A stretch of 64,000 nucleotides of DNA from the NCBI GenBank assembly GCA_963835065.1, contig CAWIEK010000057.1, forward strand, positions 64,001-128,000, written 5' to 3'. Below the pieces are notes generated by a model. It was given only the letters and a program-made list of their open reading frames with translations, did no database searches and was not told the origin of the DNA. The stretch is from an uncultured Chthonomonadaceae bacterium. Its GTDB lineage: Bacteria > Armatimonadota > Chthonomonadetes > Chthonomonadales > Chthonomonadaceae. Positions 60,255 to 64,000 of the stretch are shown one piece after another (positions within the stretch are counted from its first letter, which is position 1; the number at the start of each line of letters is the position of its first letter). A program made the position numbers and the translations under genes.

Positions 60255-61541
60255 ATGGAAGATCGTGATTCTACGTTCATCACTCGCGTTGTTATCGAGA
60301 ATTACAAGAGCATCGAAAGGTGTGACGTGTCTCTGGGACCGTTGATGCTGCTCGTCGGCCCCAATGGGTCAGGCAAGAGCAATTTTCTGGACGCGCTTCG
60401 CTTTGTTTCGGATGCGCTGCATAATTCGCTTGACCATGCGTTACGCGAAAGAGGCGGCATCAAGGAAGTTTGCCGCCGCTCCGGTTCTCGCGCGCCTGGC
60501 TTTCGCATACAACTAGATTTCAACCTTCACCCAGAGGGTCGTGGGGTGATTGTTGGCAGCAAACAAATCGCGGCAAGATCATTGTCAGCCTATGCAGATA
60601 GGTTGTTTGGCCGCTATGAAATTCAGGTGCAAACACATTTAAGAACCGGGTACGTCGTTCAACAGGAAAGATGTGCAGTGACTGCGAAACTGACGGGAGA
60701 ACAGAAAACAAAGGAATTCTTTTACGAGCTGAATAACGGAAAACTAAAGTCGAATTCTCCCATGTCAGCGCCTCCATCAAAAGATCGGCTGTACCTGGTT
60801 AATGCTGCCGGATATGATCCTTTCCGCCCTGTTTACGATAATCTTTCACGCATGGCCTTTTATAATCTCAACCCGGATCGTATCAGGAGTTTACAAGCGC
60901 CTGACGCCGGGGAATTGCTTTTGCGCGATGGCGGCAACATTGCCAGCGTTCTTGCGCAAATAAACTCTCGCTCAAAACCGGAAAAACAGAGAATTGAAGC
61001 CTATTTATCCAAAGTTGCGCCTTCCATACTGGGAGTAAACGCAAAAACAATCAGCCCGATGGAAACGCTGGAGTTTCAGCAGCAAAGGAATGGGACAGGC
61101 TCCGCGTGGTTTTTTCCGGCATCAAGCATGTCGGACGGCACATTGCGGGCTTTGGGCGTTCTGGTGGCCTTATTCCAGTCCGGCGGCGCAAGTCGGAACC
61201 GCGTACCCCTTGTTGGCATTGAAGAACCGGAAATCGCCTTGCACCCTGCAGCGACAGGCGTACTGCTCAACAGTCTGGATGAAGCCAGCCAAAACAAACA
61301 GGTGCTTGTCACCAGCCATAGCCCGGAATTGCTTGACAGCAAGGACATCAAAGCCGAATCCATTCTTGCGGTTGTCGCGGAAAATGGCGTGACGAAGATC
61401 GGCCCCATTGACGCGGCGGGGCGCTTTGCGCTGCGTGAACATTTGTACACGGCAGGCGAACTGCTGCGCCTCAATCAGCTTGCGCCTGATTTGTCTCAAA
61501 CAAACTTGCAGGAACCGCAGGAAACGGTTTTGATTGGCTGA
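60255..61541 (+). CDS. ABC/AAA_21-type ATPase
   Basis: IENYKS, GPNGSGKSN, MSDGTLR, IEEPEIALHP and TSHS. Confidence 0.92.
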   Translation: MEDRDSTFITRVVIENYKSIERCDVSLGPLMLLVGPNGSGKSNFLDALRFVSDALHNSLDHALRERGGIKEVCRRSGSRAPGFRIQLDFNLHPEGRGVIVGSKQIAARSLSAYADRLFGRYEIQVQTHLRTGYVVQQERCAVTAKLTGEQKTKEFFYELNNGKLKSNSPMSAPPSKDRLYLVNAAGYDPFRPVYDNLSRMAFYNLNPDRIRSLQAPDAGELLLRDGGNIASVLAQINSRSKPEKQRIEAYLSKVAPSILGVNAKTISPMETLEFQQQRNGTGSAWFFPASSMSDGTLRALGVLVALFQSGGASRNRVPLVGIEEPEIALHPAATGVLLNSLDEASQNKQVLVTSHSPELLDSKDIKAESILAVVAENGVTKIGPIDAAGRFALREHLYTAGELLRLNQLAPDLSQTNLQEPQETVLIG

Positions 61542-61550
61542 AGGAGAGGC

Positions 61551-62075
61551 GTGATGCAAGTTGAAATTGGGTGCATTGTAGAAGGCTATGGAGAAGAGCA
61601 GGCGGTTCCTATCTTGATACGCCGCATTGCTGAACGTCTTGACCTACAGTTGTATGTTCGTATCCCGCAGCCGTTGCGCACCTCCCGAAGTAAACTGGTA
61701 AAGCCGGGAGAACTTGAACGCGCCGTGCAGCTTACGGCATTGAAGGTTCAGGGGCGTTGTGGTATCCTGACGCTAATTGATGCCGATGATGACGATCCCG
61801 ATATATTGAAGGCAAGTTTGCTGCAAAGGGCTGTTGCCGCCCGCAAGGACCTGCCTCACGTTGCCGCCATTGCAAAGTATGAATTCGAGGCATGGTTCCT
61901 TGCTTCCGCGGCGTCCCTGCGTGGCAAACATGGCCTGCCGGATGATATAGAGTGTCACCCAACCCCTGAAAATGTGCGCGGAGCCAAAGAGTGGCTGAAC
62001 AAGCGGATGGCAGGCCGAAAATACGAAGAGGTCGTAGATCAGCCTGCCTTCACCGCAAGCGGTTACTACCAGTAA
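61551..62075 (+). CDS. DUF4276 family TOPRIM-like protein, possibly 3'-truncated
   Basis: CIVEGYGE, LIDADDD, EFEAWFLA, PENVRGAKEWL and DQPAFT. Confidence 0.8.
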   Translation: MMQVEIGCIVEGYGEEQAVPILIRRIAERLDLQLYVRIPQPLRTSRSKLVKPGELERAVQLTALKVQGRCGILTLIDADDDDPDILKASLLQRAVAARKDLPHVAAIAKYEFEAWFLASAASLRGKHGLPDDIECHPTPENVRGAKEWLNKRMAGRKYEEVVDQPAFTASGYYQ

Positions 62076-62092
62076 GTTCCGCCCCGTTCTGC

Positions 62093-62734
62093 TTACCCAC
62101 TGCGGATGGTGCGTATGTGCTGGAGAGCGGGAAACAGAAACAGGAACGTGTGCAGGAGGGGATCCACCGGAGCCTCCAGAGTTATGGTCTGCACCAGCGG
62201 GCCCGTATCCACGGAGAATGTCAGAACTTCGTATACGGTGTCGCGCTCCTTCGCAGAGGGTCGCGCATAGTGGCGGTCACAGGTTCCCACGACCTGCTCC
62301 GAGGCATCCATGTAGGTGTGAACTACTTCAGTCGGTTCCGTCGCCGGCTCGTTTTCCGGGCGGACGGGGCGGCGCGCTTTGCCGACGAGCGTACCGTCCG
62401 CTGTTTCGAAATCCGCGCCCCAGTTGGCGTCGTACAGGGTTCCGAGCAGTGTGCCATCAAATGCGTGAATTTGCACTTTCGCTTCCCGCTTGGTGCCGCC
62501 CCAGTAGGAAGTGGTCGTCAGCAGGAGATTGCCGTCCGCGTCTTTCAGTTCCCCATGCAGGTTGCTGTCCGCGTTGAACAGGTGGAACAAGCCTGTCTTC
62601 TTGTAAACTTTGGCGAACCTCGCAACAGCCACGCCCTGACTGTCCCTGTATTCCAGATGCAGGTTGCGATAATCCGTGGCTTCCTGAAGCCGTATTACCA
62701 CGCAGGAGTTAATCTGCGGAAAAGGGGAATTCAT
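62093..62734 (-). CDS. Hypothetical protein (scramblase/LURP-one-like beta repeats)
   Basis: Repeated D-x-D-G-x-L-[LV]-G units. Coupled to the upstream gene. Confidence 0.55.
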   Translation of the reverse strand: MNSPFPQINSCVVIRLQEATDYRNLHLEYRDSQGVAVARFAKVYKKTGLFHLFNADSNLHGELKDADGNLLLTTTSYWGGTKREAKVQIHAFDGTLLGTLYDANWGADFETADGTLVGKARRPVRPENEPATEPTEVVHTYMDASEQVVGTCDRHYARPSAKERDTVYEVLTFSVDTGPLVQTITLEAPVDPLLHTFLFLFPALQHIRTIRSG

Positions 62735-63333
62735 TCTTTATCTCCATCCTTGCCTGCCGCCGCGACGTACAGGCCGAGCTTCCTGACCTGCGCCAGCGAA
62801 ACAGGCGCTTCATTCAACTCGACCACCATGTTTTCGGACACGCCGGCGGCCTGCGCGTCCTCCAAAACTTGCAGGAGGATGCTGCCTGCTTCCGCCGCAA
62901 AGGTCGCCTGCTCGTCGCTCAAACTTTCCGGCTCACCCAAATCGCTGACCCACACATTGGCCTGCAAGAGCGCCTGCTGAATACGGGAACGGTATATTCG
63001 CTCGGCTGCGTGAGTTTGCACTTCGCGGCACCAGGCTTGCCATTCGTCCAGCGTCCATTCCCGGACTTCACTTTGGCTGCAAAGCGTAACGGCAATCGTG
63101 TCGCTTGCCGCCGTTCCCGTATCCAGCGCGGCGGCAAACGCGGCAAGACACGCGCCGCACTGTGCCAGCAGCGCCTCCGCCTGCTCCTTTTCCATCACGC
63201 CGAACGGAACCCCGCGCGAGTCAATTGTTCCGACAGCGTTTGCCAACGTTTGGATATTCTGCACAAGAACCGTTTGGGACAGCAACATCATCCACGCTCG
63301 ATTTCCAGCACAGTTTTCATGCGCTTCGCTCAT
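62731..63333 (-). CDS. Hypothetical protein
   Basis: 200-aa ORF with an ATGA overlap to the next gene. Confidence 0.55.
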   Translation of the reverse strand: MSEAHENCAGNRAWMMLLSQTVLVQNIQTLANAVGTIDSRGVPFGVMEKEQAEALLAQCGACLAAFAAALDTGTAASDTIAVTLCSQSEVREWTLDEWQAWCREVQTHAAERIYRSRIQQALLQANVWVSDLGEPESLSDEQATFAAEAGSILLQVLEDAQAAGVSENMVVELNEAPVSLAQVRKLGLYVAAAGKDGDKE

Positions 63334-63396
63334 CTTTGCGCATGAAAACTGCGGGGCAGAGAAGCCGCAGGGCGGCTATTTCCCGGATAGGCGGCA

Positions 63397-64000
63397 TCAG
63401 GGAATGTTGAACCCGGTGAGCGGGTTGCCGTAAAAGGCGTCCGTTTTGTAGGTCGTGGGAACGGCCTTAACATCGCCTCCGGGCAGCACTTTTACGGGAA
63501 GTATCATGTTCATTCCCGCCATGCCGTTACTGGCCGCAATGCCGTTGTCCACGATCTTGCCGTCCGCGCCAACCGTGAATGCCGCCGTTCGCGCCAACTG
63601 CCCTTTTACCAGCACTTTGATCTCGTAATTGCCCGGATTCTTGTCCAGAAAGTGCGTGTTGGGATACTGGTTCGCGGTGGTCATGCGGTTGGTAAGGGCG
63701 ACTTTGCTGAAGTTGAAGACGAAGCCCACCCAGCGCGGATTGGGCGCGTCGCTTGGCGTAATCAGGGAAAAGCGCGGGTAGCCACTGCCCTGCTCCGAAT
63801 TTGCGGTGCTGCAAATGGACTTGCCATTGTAGAAGAGATAGGCGGCAGCCTGTTCCTGCTTGATGTCGCCGCGCAGCCACATCAGGGTTTGCAGTTGGGG
63901 CGCTTCTTCGTTGGGGTTCGGGTTCCAGAACAGGTAGCCGATGGGCAGCAGCCAGTCATGCTCGACATAGTAATCGAACTGGCCTTTGTTGACGGGCAAA
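63397..64000 (-). CDS. 3' part of a hypothetical protein (partial)
   Basis: Open to the window edge, with host-like codon usage. Confidence 0.6.
   Translation of the reverse strand, partial: LPVNKGQFDYYVEHDWLLPIGYLFWNPNPNEEAPQLQTLMWLRGDIKQEQAAAYLFYNGKSICSTANSEQGSGYPRFSLITPSDAPNPRWVGFVFNFSKVALTNRMTTANQYPNTHFLDKNPGNYEIKVLVKGQLARTAAFTVGADGKIVDNGIAASNGMAGMNMILPVKVLPGGDVKAVPTTYKTDAFYGNPLTGFNIP

Overview
GC-rich bacterial chromosomal window, probably Armatimonadota (Chthonomonadales-like) by gene content (PEP-CTERM proteins, SARP-ATPase-TPR regulator, DUF3084/YqgF-like pair, DUF1592/DUF1552). This assignment is an inference. Housekeeping and envelope genes (panD, M1 aminopeptidase, GH2, L,D-transpeptidase, NlpC/P60, mannose-1-P guanylyltransferase/phosphomannomutase) alternate with two patchworks of TA/defence remnants (about 28.2-30.8 kb and 41.4-46.9 kb). 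At least six genes carry small frameshifts, probably partly assembly indels. I recognised no rRNA, tRNA, CRISPR array or intact transposase. The main unexplained structures are: (1) two diverged copies of a 175-190 nt element with a strong SD, an 8-9 aa ORF (MPV...R-x-P-stop) and a covarying RNA stem; (2) mini-elements built from inverted tandem 7-/9-mer arms around unique spacers, with related heptamer elements inserted in frame in conserved proteins; (3) a secreted CxxCH-glutathione peroxidase fusion; (4) a cluster of four exported Gly/Ser/Thr-rich disordered proteins; (5) a SARP regulator plus PEP-CTERM cassette flanked by direct repeats with an AfsR-box-like promoter; (6) a GH99-like lipoprotein lacking both catalytic glutamates.
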